From Antedon mediterranea (taxonomy: Eukaryota; Animalia; Echinodermata), in NCBI RefSeq assembly GCF_964355755.1, contig NC_092674.1, forward strand, positions 15,810,001-15,874,000: DNA of 64,000 bases, given 5' to 3'. Positions within the stretch are counted from its first letter, which is position 1. Each line of letters opens with the position of its first letter. Positions 63,634-64,000 of this stretch are shown here, one piece after another. Under the pieces are notes generated by a model, which did not search any database, was not told where the DNA came from, and saw only the letters and a list, made by a program, of their open reading frames with translations. The position numbers were made by a program, and so were the translations under genes.

Positions 63634-64000
63634 TTAAATTTATCGGCTTTGATATTTATATGCATAAAATAAGCTTTTTTCCCCAACCTTTATTTTAGAG
63701 AGACTTTGGGGTAGGCCTAGTACTACTAGGGATAAAGATGCAATAAAGCAAACATTTTGAAAACATTGTCGAAAATGATAATTTACGCCGTCTGTTGGCC
63801 GCTTGGCGAATGCACAAAGTTTTTGAATAAATTGAATATAAAATTAGGCCTAGGGCTAGGCCTAGGCCTATGTTTTTTTATTTAGTACTGTAATTTATTT
63901 CATAATATATCACAATAAAATACGGATTGTTAAACACCTTTAAAAACTTGATAAATATCCAAAAAAATGAATATGAATTTGGTCTAAAGTGAGACGTTTC

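Noticed and set aside
63446-63637. Collagen-like GPSGP ORF
   Set aside because: It is the translation of a 15-bp tandem repeat with a 5-aa period, not a Gly-X-Y repeat.

Overview
This is AT-rich eukaryotic DNA, most likely from an invertebrate metazoan (an echinoderm-like deuterostome is a guess, not shown). It holds the 5' half of one large minus-strand gene for a short-type ABCC/MRP transporter of the ABCC5/11/12 group. Nine GT-AG coding exons (56818 down to 210) splice in frame to 545 codons covering the N-terminus, lasso/L0, TMD1 and the start of NBD1; the gene continues off the left edge. Its introns (0.7-17 kb) are packed with mobile and repetitive DNA: Deu/Nin-like SINEs, L2/CR1-group and RTE-X-like LINE relics, Helitron/Helentron-type elements, several MITEs, a foldback element carrying a LINE, a DIRS-like gag fragment in a rearranged insertion, and a ~36-copy 41-bp minisatellite. 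Most ORFs in the supplied track are artefacts. I see no convincing new protein-coding system. The most interesting signals are palindromic TA-site insertions that look like transposon excision footprints, an almost intact tRNA-Asp(ATC)-like cloverleaf inside a repeat, a templated-insertion rearrangement, and inverted repeat pairs bracketing exons. TE family assignments come from terminal signatures read by eye, with no database search.
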